DNA from: Bryobacterales bacterium
GTDB taxonomy: Bacteria > Acidobacteriota > Terriglobia > Bryobacterales > UBA6623
DNA length: 64,000 nt
Assembly (NCBI GenBank): GCA_963422375.2
Contig: OY729427.2
Coordinates: forward strand, 1,664,001 to 1,728,000
Direction of reading: 5' to 3'
The notes beneath the pieces were generated by a model. That model was not told where the DNA came from and did no database searches. It saw nothing but the letters and a program-made list of their open reading frames with translations. Of this stretch, positions 19,471 through 28,866 are shown in pieces. The translations under genes and the position numbers were made by a program. Each line of letters opens with the position of its first letter. Position 1 is the first letter of the stretch.

Positions 19471-19989
19471 ATGCCTGTCGAATATCATGTTGCGCAGTTC
19501 AACATTGCGCGAATGAAACGACCACTTTCCGACCCGGCGATGGGCGGTTTCGTTGGTCATCTCAAGCCGATCAACGCGCTGGCGGACCGCAATCCCGAGC
19601 ACATTTGGAGGTTGCAGGACGAGGATGGCGATGCCACGGCGATTCGTGCGTATCCGGAGGACCCTTCCTTGCTTGTCACGCTTTCAGTATGGACGTCGAT
19701 CAACGCCCTTTTCGACTTCGCGTACTCGAGAGAACACGCAGCTGTGATGAGGGGTCGAGCACAGTGGTTCGAGGAAATTGACGAGCCCTACATCGTGCTC
19801 TGGTACGTCAGAAAAGGCACAGTCCCGTCTCTTGACGAGGCGAAGATGCGCCTCGCCTACCTGAGGGTGCATGGCTCAACTCCGCGAGCCTTCAACTTCA
19901 AGAATCGCTTTTTGCCTGAAGAGGCGGCGGAGTTGGAGGCGTTCCACGAGGGCCGGATAGTGGCGCGGCAGTCGACACACGCTAGCTAG
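19471..19989 (+). CDS. DUF3291 family protein
   Basis: HVAQFNIARM, INALAD...WRLQDEDGDAT, LSVWTS, H...MRGRAQWF, VLWY, EAKMRLAYL..HGSTPRAFNF match my recollection of DUF3291. Confidence 0.85.
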   Translation: MPVEYHVAQFNIARMKRPLSDPAMGGFVGHLKPINALADRNPEHIWRLQDEDGDATAIRAYPEDPSLLVTLSVWTSINALFDFAYSREHAAVMRGRAQWFEEIDEPYIVLWYVRKGTVPSLDEAKMRLAYLRVHGSTPRAFNFKNRFLPEEAAELEAFHEGRIVARQSTHAS

Positions 19990-20016
19990 GCAGCTGTAGG
20001 CTAGTCGGAGTGGACT

Positions 20017-21240
20017 ATGGCTAAGGTATTCATCGAGTTCAGTGCTGGTATTGGACCGCTTATTCGCTGTCTTCCGATCTCTCGAGAGTTGCGAAAGATG
20101 GGCCACGAAGTTCGATTTTTCGCAAGAGATCGCGCCGGTGACTATATGAAGCTTGAAGGGTTCGAGGCAATTGACCTTGATCCGGACAGCGTTGCACTCG
20201 AGAATAAGATCAACCCCAGTTGGGTTACAATTGATGAATTCTACGGAATGATGGGATTCGACGATCTGGCTTGGCTGAGTGATCGCCAAGATAAATGGCA
20301 AGCAGCGCTCTTGAGCTGGATGCCAGATCTAATTGTTGCGGATTTGGGTGCCCTCTCAATGATTGCTGCTCGCGTTTTGAAAATACCACTAGTTACGATC
20401 ACTCAGAGTTGCTATCACCCGCATCTGAAACTTGAAAGAATTCAATATTGGGCTCCTAGAGCGAGCCAGACTCCACGTTGTCTTGAGGTAGTGAACACGT
20501 ATTTCTCGAAATCAGGTGTCCCTGCAGTCCGCTGTTTTCAAGACCTGCACATCGGTACAGGAGCGACAGTGATTCCCGGATTTCCAGAATTCGACAAGCT
20601 TGTACCTAGCTGGGAGTCTCAGACTGTATACGCCGGACCGGTCTTGGCAAGTGATTTTGGCCATGGGAAGAGACGGCCTCTTCACGGAGGTGAGCCTATG
20701 CATGGGAAGCCACCTCGATTGTTTTGCTACACGGGCCGCCTCCGGGACTGGGCAGGAAATAGCGGTATGTTCCTATTCGATTCCGTTGTCTCTGCTCTCA
20801 AGGGGACTGAGTGTCAGGTGGTCTTTTCGACAGGAGGACTTGACAGTGATTTGCCACGGGTAGCGGGCACTGGTTTGGCAGAAGTGACAATTACGAACTG
20901 GATCCCGATGGACTTGGCGTATACACGCAGTGACTTGGTAATTCATCATGGCGGCCACGGCAGTTGCATGGGTCTGTTTTGGTACGGCGTACCGGGTCTT
21001 GTCTTACCCACTCACACAGAGCGCGAGTACAACGCTCGCATGGTCCAGCATCTTGGTTGTGGCAGATATATTTCTAGGGAAGATATATCAAGGAGCGCGA
21101 TCACCGAGACTCTCCACGCAATGCTGGAGGACCCTTCGTCTCGCACAAGGGTCCGAGCATACCGAGAAATGTTGCGCAAGAAGTATCCGAACCCTGGACA
21201 GATTGGTGCCGATGCAATTGCAAAGGTCATTCAAGCGTGA
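20017..21240 (+). CDS. GT-B glycosyltransferase (GT1/GT28-like)
   Basis: N-terminal GIGPLIRCL..LRKMGHEV; WIP, DLVIHHGGHGS, GVPGLVLP..E..YNA nucleotide-sugar motif; lower GC than host genes. Confidence 0.9.
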   Translation: MAKVFIEFSAGIGPLIRCLPISRELRKMGHEVRFFARDRAGDYMKLEGFEAIDLDPDSVALENKINPSWVTIDEFYGMMGFDDLAWLSDRQDKWQAALLSWMPDLIVADLGALSMIAARVLKIPLVTITQSCYHPHLKLERIQYWAPRASQTPRCLEVVNTYFSKSGVPAVRCFQDLHIGTGATVIPGFPEFDKLVPSWESQTVYAGPVLASDFGHGKRRPLHGGEPMHGKPPRLFCYTGRLRDWAGNSGMFLFDSVVSALKGTECQVVFSTGGLDSDLPRVAGTGLAEVTITNWIPMDLAYTRSDLVIHHGGHGSCMGLFWYGVPGLVLPTHTEREYNARMVQHLGCGRYISREDISRSAITETLHAMLEDPSSRTRVRAYREMLRKKYPNPGQIGADAIAKVIQA

Positions 21241-21416
21241 CCTGATTCCCTACTAGCATCGTCCGATCCGGGAGATTGGTTGGTTGCAAGCGGTCGGCAA
21301 GGACGCCCTCCATAGCGACTCTCAGACCCATAAGGGCCTAGGGCTCCAGCTGCATGCCCTGCGCTAGGGCCCGAAACGACGGGGCCGTAGCGGCGAGGGC
21401 AGGTGTAACGTTACGA

Positions 21417-21622
21417 CAGCGGTTCTAAATTCGGCCATCAAGGTGGTGAGTGAACGTTGTCTCGGAGGATGAGGTGAACAAGTTGACCGAGAGGTCGCGC
21501 TACTGAGTGCGCCCCGAGGGAGCGTCGGATGGCTGGCAGGGCTGTGTCGCGACCCCGCGACGGGACCGCCTAGTGAGGGGCCCGCGGCCGGACGCACTCC
21601 GGCGGTAGCTGGTTGCCGCGGG
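21417..21622 (+). repeat. ~200 bp IS-end repeat, copy 1
   Basis: Begins CAGCGGTTCT and contains GGCCATCAAGGT, GTGAACAAGTTGACCGAGAGGTCG and GTCGCGACCCCGCGAC; homologous to 25253-25455, 26887-27049 (inverted) and 32211-32416. Confidence 0.9.
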
Positions 21623-22156
21623 CTGCCTTGTACCCATGAGTCTTGGTTGAGGGCAGGTTTCGGTGCAAGTTTCTGGCTTGGTCCAGGCCGATCAGCCGCT
21701 CGTACGTCTGCGTGGCCGTAGCGAGTCGCGTGTAGCCCTCCCAGAGAACCTCGCGCCCGGGCGGGGGATCGTGCTTGCGGTTGAGATAGCCGCCGAGCAT
21801 CGCCGTGGTGAGCGCTGCGCGCCCTAGGTTGTCGGGTGCCGGCAGCTGGCGAGCCTTGGCGAAGTCGCCCGGCGCCCGCAGCTCGGCGTCGGAGAATTGA
21901 TCGCGTGGCGGCAGTTCGGGCGTGTCCCGGCCCGGCAGCGTCATCACGGTCAGGCGCCACGCGATCGCCGCCTTGATCGTGACCGCCCGCTCGATCCGCT
22001 CGCCGCGGCGATGGCCGAGGTGTTCCGCCCGGCAGCCGGACTTGAGCACCCGGTGCCAGTCCTCGATGCGCCAGCGCAGGCGATACCAGACGAGGATGCG
22101 CTCCGCGTCCGCGCGCGTCCGCACCGACAAGCTCGCCAGCAGGAACCATTCCAGCC
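21623..22156 (-). mobile_element. IS4/DUF4338-type transposase 3' remnant
   Basis: LEWFLL..WYRLRWRIEDWHRVLKSGC..GGYLNRKHDPPPG..WEGY; right TIR CTGCCTTGTACCCA at 21623; near-identical to 26357-26886. Confidence 0.9.
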
Positions 22157-23081
22157 TTGGACCTTGACAGGCCGGAGAAGGCCGTGGTGGCCACAATCCA
22201 CCGTGCCCGGAAGGCCCTCGCTGACGGACCTAATGCCGGTCACTTGCGAGACGCCACGCTAGCGCAGCCCGCGGTCCGCCAACTGCCCGAAGCTGAATGC
22301 TTGCCACAGTAGTCAAGTTCAATCGTTGGGATGCGCAATATGGTATAGTACCTGAAGTGCCTTGGGAGCTGAGCCGCACTTGGCGAAGGTCGGCGCGTAG
22401 CGGGACGTTCCCGCTACGCATCTCGCGGTGGTCGCATTGGGGTCTGCTCGCTTGATCGCCTCCCTGCTATCTGGAGTGGTGACTTTGCAACGCCCGCTGG
22501 CTGGCTCGGAGGCGCAGCTGAAGAAGCAGCGCACTCGGGCGGAAGTGGCGGAGGGACCGTGCGCCTTCCTGCTGCCGTGCGTGGTAGAGCTTGAACGGTA
22601 GCTGTTCGGACGCAGGAGCGATGCGCGGCCAGCGAGGCCCGGCGAAAGCACTGCGGCAGGCGGAGCAGCAAGATCGGCATGTCGAATCCGGAACGCACGA
22701 GCAACTTCCGCTGGCCGCTGCAGATGTATGTGCGGCGCGTTGCGACGGACGTTCGCCACTGTCCACAGTTCGGAAGGCCTTGGACGCTTGGGAAGGCGAA
22801 GATACTCCCAGAAGGGCGGTGAGGATGCGGGTCAGGTACTCCGGAGGAAGTTCGGCGGCCTTGTGAAGCGACGGTCGGTTAGAATTACGCGCCACGCTGT
22901 CGAGACGGCCGGAAGCAATTCAGCTCGCTGTCGAGCCTCGCATCCGGCGGATGTAGGCTGTCGTCTTGCGACCGGGACATCGTTCGATGAGCGATATCCT
23001 AAGCGAGGCGACGGCGCGATTCCTTTAGCTGGCATCATCCTTTTTGTGCCCGTCCCTACTAGGATAAATGGAGGTAGCCTT

Positions 23082-23192
23082 ATGTCCGCCCTCACTGAGA
23101 TTGGATATGCGCGAGAGTGTTGCACCGTAACTCAACCGTCGCTACCCTATCGAGGTTCGCGGATCTTATTGCGGCTATTAGTCTTCTCGTAG
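23082..23192 (+). CDS. Putative 36-aa peptide MSALTEIGYARECCTVTQPSLPYRGSRILLRLLVFS
   Basis: GGAGGT Shine-Dalgarno at 23070-23075, 6 nt before the ATG; stops 9 nt before the sulfotransferase start. No homology recognised. Confidence 0.4.
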   Translation: MSALTEIGYARECCTVTQPSLPYRGSRILLRLLVFS

Positions 23193-23201
23193 GTTGAATA
23201 A

Positions 23202-24068
23202 GTGGCACCAAACGAGCGCATCAACAGGGCCGCCGTCCAAGCACACCAGCCTGTCTTCATACTGGGAAGTCACAGATCTGGTACAACGCTTCTGAGATAT
23301 CTCCTTGATAGTCACGACAATATTGCATGCCCACCAGAGACTAAGTTCATTGCAGGACTACATGCGGCCATGTCCTATCCACAAGTACAGAGTGCATTGA
23401 ATGGCTTGGGTACTACAAGGCAGAGATTCTATCACCACCTGCGAGTCTTGATTACAGCAATTCTTACTGATTACACAATAAGCAAAAATAAGAAGCGATG
23501 GATTGATAAGACACCAAATTATTTCCGCTATATCGAATTTATAGATGAACTATTTTCTGCCCAAGCTCTGTATATCATTATAGCCCGTCATCCGTTTGAT
23601 ACAGCTGAATCTCTACGTCAATTCTCCCGACGTCTGCTTGTATCGGATTCACCCGATCCTGAGTTAATCCGTGCCGCCAAGCGATTCGGTACTGGACGCT
23701 ATGGATGGTTGAAACATTGGGCGGATGTTTATGACCGGCTACTTGCGTTTTCGGCAGGTTGCGAAGACCGTTGTATTGTGATCAAGTATGAGGACCTCGT
23801 CAACGATGCTTCGCCAACATTGGCCCGTGTGCTAGAGTTCATAGGCGAATCGCCTTGCGATGACCTGATTGAGCGTGCATTTTCGTTGCCTCACGATGGA
23901 GGATACGGAAGATATCAAGATCCGACTATCCTTACTAAGACACGAATTGAGAAGGGAAGTGTCGGTAAGTGGAGGGCATGGCCCTCATCCGAGTGCAGAG
24001 TTTTATGGCCGATTGTCGCATCATTGGCAGACAGTCTCGGCTATTCTTCCCCTGAGCTGGGTGGTTAG
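23202..24068 (+). CDS. PAPS-dependent sulfotransferase, TPST-like (Sulfotransfer_3)
   Basis: PVFILGSHRSGTTLLRYLLDSHDNIACPPET (5'-PSB), WIDKTP, ARHPFDTAES (3'-PB), KYEDLV, SVGKWR, LGY; low GC. Confidence 0.9.
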   Translation: MAPNERINRAAVQAHQPVFILGSHRSGTTLLRYLLDSHDNIACPPETKFIAGLHAAMSYPQVQSALNGLGTTRQRFYHHLRVLITAILTDYTISKNKKRWIDKTPNYFRYIEFIDELFSAQALYIIIARHPFDTAESLRQFSRRLLVSDSPDPELIRAAKRFGTGRYGWLKHWADVYDRLLAFSAGCEDRCIVIKYEDLVNDASPTLARVLEFIGESPCDDLIERAFSLPHDGGYGRYQDPTILTKTRIEKGSVGKWRAWPSSECRVLWPIVASLADSLGYSSPELGG

Positions 24069-24114
24069 AGCACCTTGCATTCACAATCATTTTCAACTTG
24101 GAGGGATACCGGCA

Positions 24115-24807
24115 ATGATTGTGCATGATCTTAGTTGCGTCTTTGTACACGTTCCAAAGACTGCCGGTCAAAGCATTGAGCAAGTATTTCTTGATCTGGC
24201 CGGTCTGACGTGGTCAACACGGGCACCCCTCCTATTGAGATATAACGAGTTCCCCCAGTTGGGACCCCAGTCACTTGCACATCTCACAGCCGAGGAATAT
24301 ATTATATATAAATATCTTTCTCGCGCTCAATTCAAGAGCTATCTTAAGTTCGGATTTGTTCGCAATCCTTGGGATAGAGCAGTTTCGGAATATTACTACC
24401 GGAAGTTCGACATGAAGTTTGACTTTCGTCAGTTTCTGTTAGATTACATTCCTGCGATGGATTTGAGCAATCTGTATCTTGACTCACACCGACACATCAT
24501 TCCTCAGGCTAGGTTTCTATATGATGACAATGGTGTAAAGCTAGTGGACTATATTGGCAGATTTGAATTCCTTGACCGTGATTTCGCGAGAGTCTGTGAC
24601 TTAGTTAAGATCGAACGAAAGACATTGCCACACCGCAATCGGTCAGCTCCAGTTAGACCATCGTCATCTAATTCGATTCATACGGATTCTCTCCACTCCT
24701 GTCTATCTCGTGTGGAGTTTTATCGATCACACTATGACAAGGAATGTCGACAATTTATTAGAGATTTCTACGAAGACGATATCACGCTGTTTGGATATCG
24801 TTTCTAG
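24115..24807 (+). CDS. Sulfotransferase family 2 protein
   Basis: VFVHVPKTAGQSIE, FVRNPWDRAVSEY, H..PQ, VDYIGRFE, YEDDITLFGYRF; GGAGG SD; low GC. Confidence 0.9.
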   Translation: MIVHDLSCVFVHVPKTAGQSIEQVFLDLAGLTWSTRAPLLLRYNEFPQLGPQSLAHLTAEEYIIYKYLSRAQFKSYLKFGFVRNPWDRAVSEYYYRKFDMKFDFRQFLLDYIPAMDLSNLYLDSHRHIIPQARFLYDDNGVKLVDYIGRFEFLDRDFARVCDLVKIERKTLPHRNRSAPVRPSSSNSIHTDSLHSCLSRVEFYRSHYDKECRQFIRDFYEDDITLFGYRF

Positions 24808-25052
24808 TTGGCGACTCGTTCTACTGGAAAGCGCTACGGGATGGATCGGCCTCACCCCTCATAGCCGCGGACGGACGCAGTAGCGGTCCCGCTGCGAGGT
24901 GATGTGCGAACAAGGGCTCTGCCGCAGGGGCCGGAGCAACTCCTGTACAAGTTAACGCGGACACCCGGACGGCGGGAGACGCTCGGCCGACATGGCAGAA
25001 CCTGCCTCCGAGCAGCCCTGCCCGATCTAGGAAGGACACAGGGAACACACCC

Positions 25053-25252
25053 ATGGCATCGAAGAACAGGCCCGCCTCCAAGCAGCAGGGCAAGGAGGCG
25101 GCCGTGATCGGCATCGACATCGGTGATTACAGCGTCCACAGGGTCGGCGTGGACCGGCACCGCGAGCCGCTGGTCAGGGGGAAGCTCGGACACGGGGTGC
25201 GATTGATCCTCCAAAGTACGTCAAGCCCTGCGTCAGCCGGACAAGACCGACC
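25053..25252 (+). mobile_element. IS110-family recombinase N-terminal remnant
   Basis: VIGIDIGDYSVHRVGVD, then (after a deletion and frameshifts) GHGVRLI..KYVKPCV..DKTD, matching the IS110 DEDD domain (LGHDVRLIPP.YVKPYVKR.K.D). Confidence 0.7.
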
Positions 25253-25455
25253 CAGCGGTTCTAGATTTGGCCATCAAGGTCGTGGGTGAACGTTGTTTCG
25301 GAGGATGAGGTGAACAAGTTGACCGAGAGGTCGCGCTACTGAGGCCGCCCCGAGGGAGCGTCGGATGGCTGGCAGGCCTGTGTCGCGACCCCGCGACGGG
25401 ACCGCTTGGTGCCGGGCCCGCGGCCGGACGCACTCCGGCGGTAGCCGGCTGCCGG
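25253..25455 (+). repeat. ~200 bp IS-end repeat, copy 2
   Basis: CAGCGGTTCTAGATTTGGCCATCAAGG...; joined directly to the middle of a DUF4338 domain. Confidence 0.9.
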
Positions 25456-26886
25456 CAGCGCTACGGCTACGAGCCCCTGCTCGTGGAGACCTTCGTCGAC
25501 CGCCGGCGCCATGCCGGCACCAGCTTCAAGGCCGCCAACTGGATCCATGTCGGCCGCACCGCCGGCCGCGGGCGCTGCGCCCCGACCGGCACCACCGTGC
25601 CCGTCAAGGCCGTCTTCCTGTATCCCCTGCGGCACGACTGGCGCCGCCAGCTGGGCGTGCCCGCGCCCCCGCCCGTGCCGGACCTCGCCGCCGGGCCGGA
25701 CCGCGATAGCTGGGCCCGGCGCGACAGCTGGGCCCGGCGCGAATTCGGCGGGGCTCCGCTGGGAGATGTACGCTGGAGCCGCCGCCCGGTGCAATGCGCG
25801 GCCGCCATGGCCGCCGCGCCGCGGGCCTCGTTCGTCTCCGCAGCCCAGTCCAACGGCGCCCTGATGAAAGCCTGCTGCCGCATGATCGACCAGCCGGCCG
25901 AGGCCGCCATCACGCCCGCCAGCATCCTCGCCCCCTGCCGGGCGTGCCGCTGATCCAGTTCGAGGCCCCGGACGGCCGGGCCGACAAGCACAAGCCGGCC
26001 GAGCTGCGCAAGACGCAGCGCTGGGTGCGCGGGCTGCAGGACACGCCGAGCTGGCCGGGCAGCTGCGGGGGACCCGGCCGGTCGCGGTCATGGACCGCGA
26101 CCGGCCGGGTTCGAGCCGTGCGCCGAGCGCCGGCGGCTGGACGGGATCGACCTGCTGGTGCGGGCCAGGCACAACCGCAGTCCCGGCAAGGCCCGGCCGA
26201 AGCTCTTGGACTGCCTGCGCGCGGCCGAGGTGGCGCTGCGCTGGCAGACGGTCCCGCTGCCGGCGCCGGCCAAGGGACCCGAGCGCGGGAGCGAGCCGAT
26301 TCGCCTGAGCACGGTGCACGTGCGGGAGGACGCGGCCCCGGACGGCGCCGTGCCGCTGGAATGGTTCCTGCTGGCGAGCTTGCCGGTGCGGACGCGCGCG
26401 GACGCGGAGCGCATCCTCGTCTGGTATCGCCTGCGCTGGCGCATCGAGGACTGGCACCGGGTGCTCAAGTCCGGCTGCCGGGCGGAACGCCCCGGCCATC
26501 GCCGCGGCGAGCGGATCGAGCGGGCGGTCACGATCAAGGCGGTGATCGCGTGGCGCCTGACCGTGATGACGCTGCCGGGCCGGGACACGCCCGAACTGCC
26601 GCCGCGCGATCTGTTCTCCGATGCCGAGCTGCGGGCGCCGGCGACTTCGCCAAGGCTCGCCCGCTGCCGGCACCCGACAACCTAGGGCGCGCGGTGCTCA
26701 CCACGGCGATGCTCGGCGGCTGTCTCAACCGCAAGCACGATCCCCCGCCCGGGCACGAGGTTCTCTGGGAGGGCTACACGCGACTCGCTACGGCCATGCA
26801 GACGTACGAGCGGCTGATCGGCCTGGACCAAGCCAGAAACTTGCACCGAAACCTGCCCTCAACCAAGACTCATGGGTAAAAGGCAG
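25456..26886 (+). mobile_element. Degenerate IS4/DUF4338-type element with multiple deletions
   Basis: RYGYEPLLVETFVD..GTSFKAANW, WARREFGGAPLGDVRW, MDRD, WRIEDWHRVLKSGC; right TIR ends ...GGGTAAAAGGCAG at 26886. Confidence 0.9.
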
Positions 26887-27049
26887 CCCGCGGCAGCCGG
26901 CTACCGCCGGAGTGCGATCGGCCGCGGAGTCGGCACTAAGCGGACCCGCTCTGGGGGACGCGCTAGCTCGACCTCTCGGTCAAGTGGTTCATCTCATCCT
27001 CCCAACCAGCGTTCACGCACCACCTCAATGGCCAAAGTTGGCATCGCTG
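26887..27049 (-). repeat. ~200 bp IS-end repeat, copy 3 (inverted, diverged, internally deleted)
   Basis: Revcomp reads CAGCGATGCCAACTTTGGCCATTGAGGTGGTGCGTGAACG...TTGACCGAGAGGTCG...GCACTCCGGCGGTAGCCGGCTGCCGCGGG. Confidence 0.85.
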
Positions 27050-27190
27050 CCCACCGGAACAACCGTAGCGGCCATTAGGCACAAGGAGCTGCGGAAGGTG
27101 GAGCGTTGCTTCCGCGAGTCGCAGTTGCTGCTGGGGACACGCCCGGTCAATTACTGCACGGACAAAGCCGCCCGGGGCACGTGAGTGCAT
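27050..27190 (+). mobile_element. IS1634-family transposase fragment
   Basis: IRHKELRKVERCFRESQLLLGTRPVNYCTDKAARG(HV) matches IS1634 YK.LW.VE..FR..K..L.TRP.YH..D..IRGHV. Confidence 0.65.
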
Positions 27191-27300
27191 GCGAATACGC
27201 AGGAGGTGCTTCGGAATCCATGCTGCGTGCGTATTGGATGTCTTTGCCCCAAGACGGAGTGATCAAGGCGGAGATCCTGCAGAAAGTCACCGTTGATCTA

Positions 27301-28866
27301 CTAGCCCGGCCGAGTTCCTCGCGTCCTGTCATAAGCTGCAAATGCAAGAACCAGCGGGATGGCAAGAAGAAATAGGATCGAATACTGACGGAACATCCGC
27401 GTAAGAGCCAAGGATTGAGCCTGTACTTGCAACAAGTTGAGAAGCCTCTCGTATCGACTCAACCACTGAGTTTGATTTGGGTCTCGAAGAAAAGGGTAGA
27501 AAACTATAGCGGGTCGATTATGGCTGCTAATCTGGTCTCCTAGATCGCTGATGATGCGTCGGACCGAACGATACAGGAGAGAAATCGATATAGCAATGCC
27601 CGAGCCACCTCCAAGATTTCTAATCAATGTAAAGATGCTCGTTGCATCCTGCAATCGCGATTTTGGCACTGAACGCATGGAATATGTCGTAAGTGGAACC
27701 CACAGAAGCGAAAATGCGAAGCCCTGTAGCAATTGCGGCCACAAGAAGTCTTGGGGACCGGCGTCGAGCGAAAGATTCGATAAGCTAAAGAGCGTCCACG
27801 CCCCCAGTGCCATCCCTGTACATATGAGCGTCCTCGGACCGACTGGCCCAAGAATCCGCGCGACGACAAACAATCCACAGAGAGTACCTAGGCCTCGAGG
27901 AGCGAGCGCCATCCCAGCCTGCAACGGAGGATACTCGAGCACAACTTGCATCCAAAATGGAAGCAAGAGTAAGCTCCCATAGAATACCGAACTTAGGACA
28001 ATCATCAATAGACAGCCAAGCGCGAAAGACTGACTTCTCAATACACGAAGATCAACCACGCTAGACGGGGTCTGCCATTCATGTAGGACAAACAATAGAA
28101 ACACTGTACCACTAACCAAGAACAATCGAATTATGTATAAGGAATCAAACCAATTCTCATGATGGCCAAGAGTAAGAGCCAATTCCAGTGGGGCCACCCA
28201 CGCAACAAGTAGGACAAATCCAATCCAATCCAACTGATTATCCTGCGACTGGCGAATCTGAACATCTGACGCGACTAGAGAATTTAATATGAGGGACAGA
28301 ATGCCTAATGGAAAATTGATAAAAAAGATCCATCTCCAGCTATAGTTCTGAAGGATCCAGCCTCCAACGACTGGTCCCAACAATGGTGACATGACGACCC
28401 CAATACCTATGAAGGCCATAGATTTACCGCGAAGATCGATCGGGTACTCTTCGAGTAGCATCGCTTGCGACAGGGGCTGAAGTGGACCGTTTGAAAGGCC
28501 CTGAACGATCCGGAAAATCACTAGACTTAGAAGCGTCGGAGAAAAACCGCACAAGACGGACGATGCCGTGAATGATATGATGGATACTTGTAGGACTATT
28601 CGTCGTCCATAGAGCCGTGCAAGCCACGCAGTAGCCGGAACCGTAATCGCACTTGCAACTAGATATGCTGTCACAACGCCCGTGGACTCTTCAGAAGTAG
28701 ATGATAATGCACCAGCGATATAGGGAAGAGCGATGTTTACGACAGTAGCATCCAATGCGCCCATAAAAATCGTAACGGTAGCCGTAATTGCAAGAATCCA
28801 GAAACTTACCCAGCGCTTCACAGGGCCAGCTATACTCCACATGACTTGGGGTAGGGAATACGACAT
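27301..28866 (-). CDS. emrB: DHA2-family MFS efflux permease (EmrB/QacA)
   Basis: LDATVVNIALP, YGRR, FRIVQGL, PLSQ, GPVVGGWI..WRWIFFINFP, RNLGG; many hydrophobic segments; low GC. Confidence 0.93.
   Translation of the reverse strand: MSYSLPQVMWSIAGPVKRWVSFWILAITATVTIFMGALDATVVNIALPYIAGALSSTSEESTGVVTAYLVASAITVPATAWLARLYGRRIVLQVSIISFTASSVLCGFSPTLLSLVIFRIVQGLSNGPLQPLSQAMLLEEYPIDLRGKSMAFIGIGVVMSPLLGPVVGGWILQNYSWRWIFFINFPLGILSLILNSLVASDVQIRQSQDNQLDWIGFVLLVAWVAPLELALTLGHHENWFDSLYIIRLFLVSGTVFLLFVLHEWQTPSSVVDLRVLRSQSFALGCLLMIVLSSVFYGSLLLLPFWMQVVLEYPPLQAGMALAPRGLGTLCGLFVVARILGPVGPRTLICTGMALGAWTLFSLSNLSLDAGPQDFLWPQLLQGFAFSLLWVPLTTYSMRSVPKSRLQDATSIFTLIRNLGGGSGIAISISLLYRSVRRIISDLGDQISSHNRPAIVFYPFLRDPNQTQWLSRYERLLNLLQVQAQSLALTRMFRQYSILFLLAIPLVLAFAAYDRTRGTRPG

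Noticed and set aside
22160..23060. Possible gene remnants upstream of the peptide/sulfotransferase block
   Set aside because: Several short ORFs on both strands, none with recognisable motifs or a consistent coding frame.
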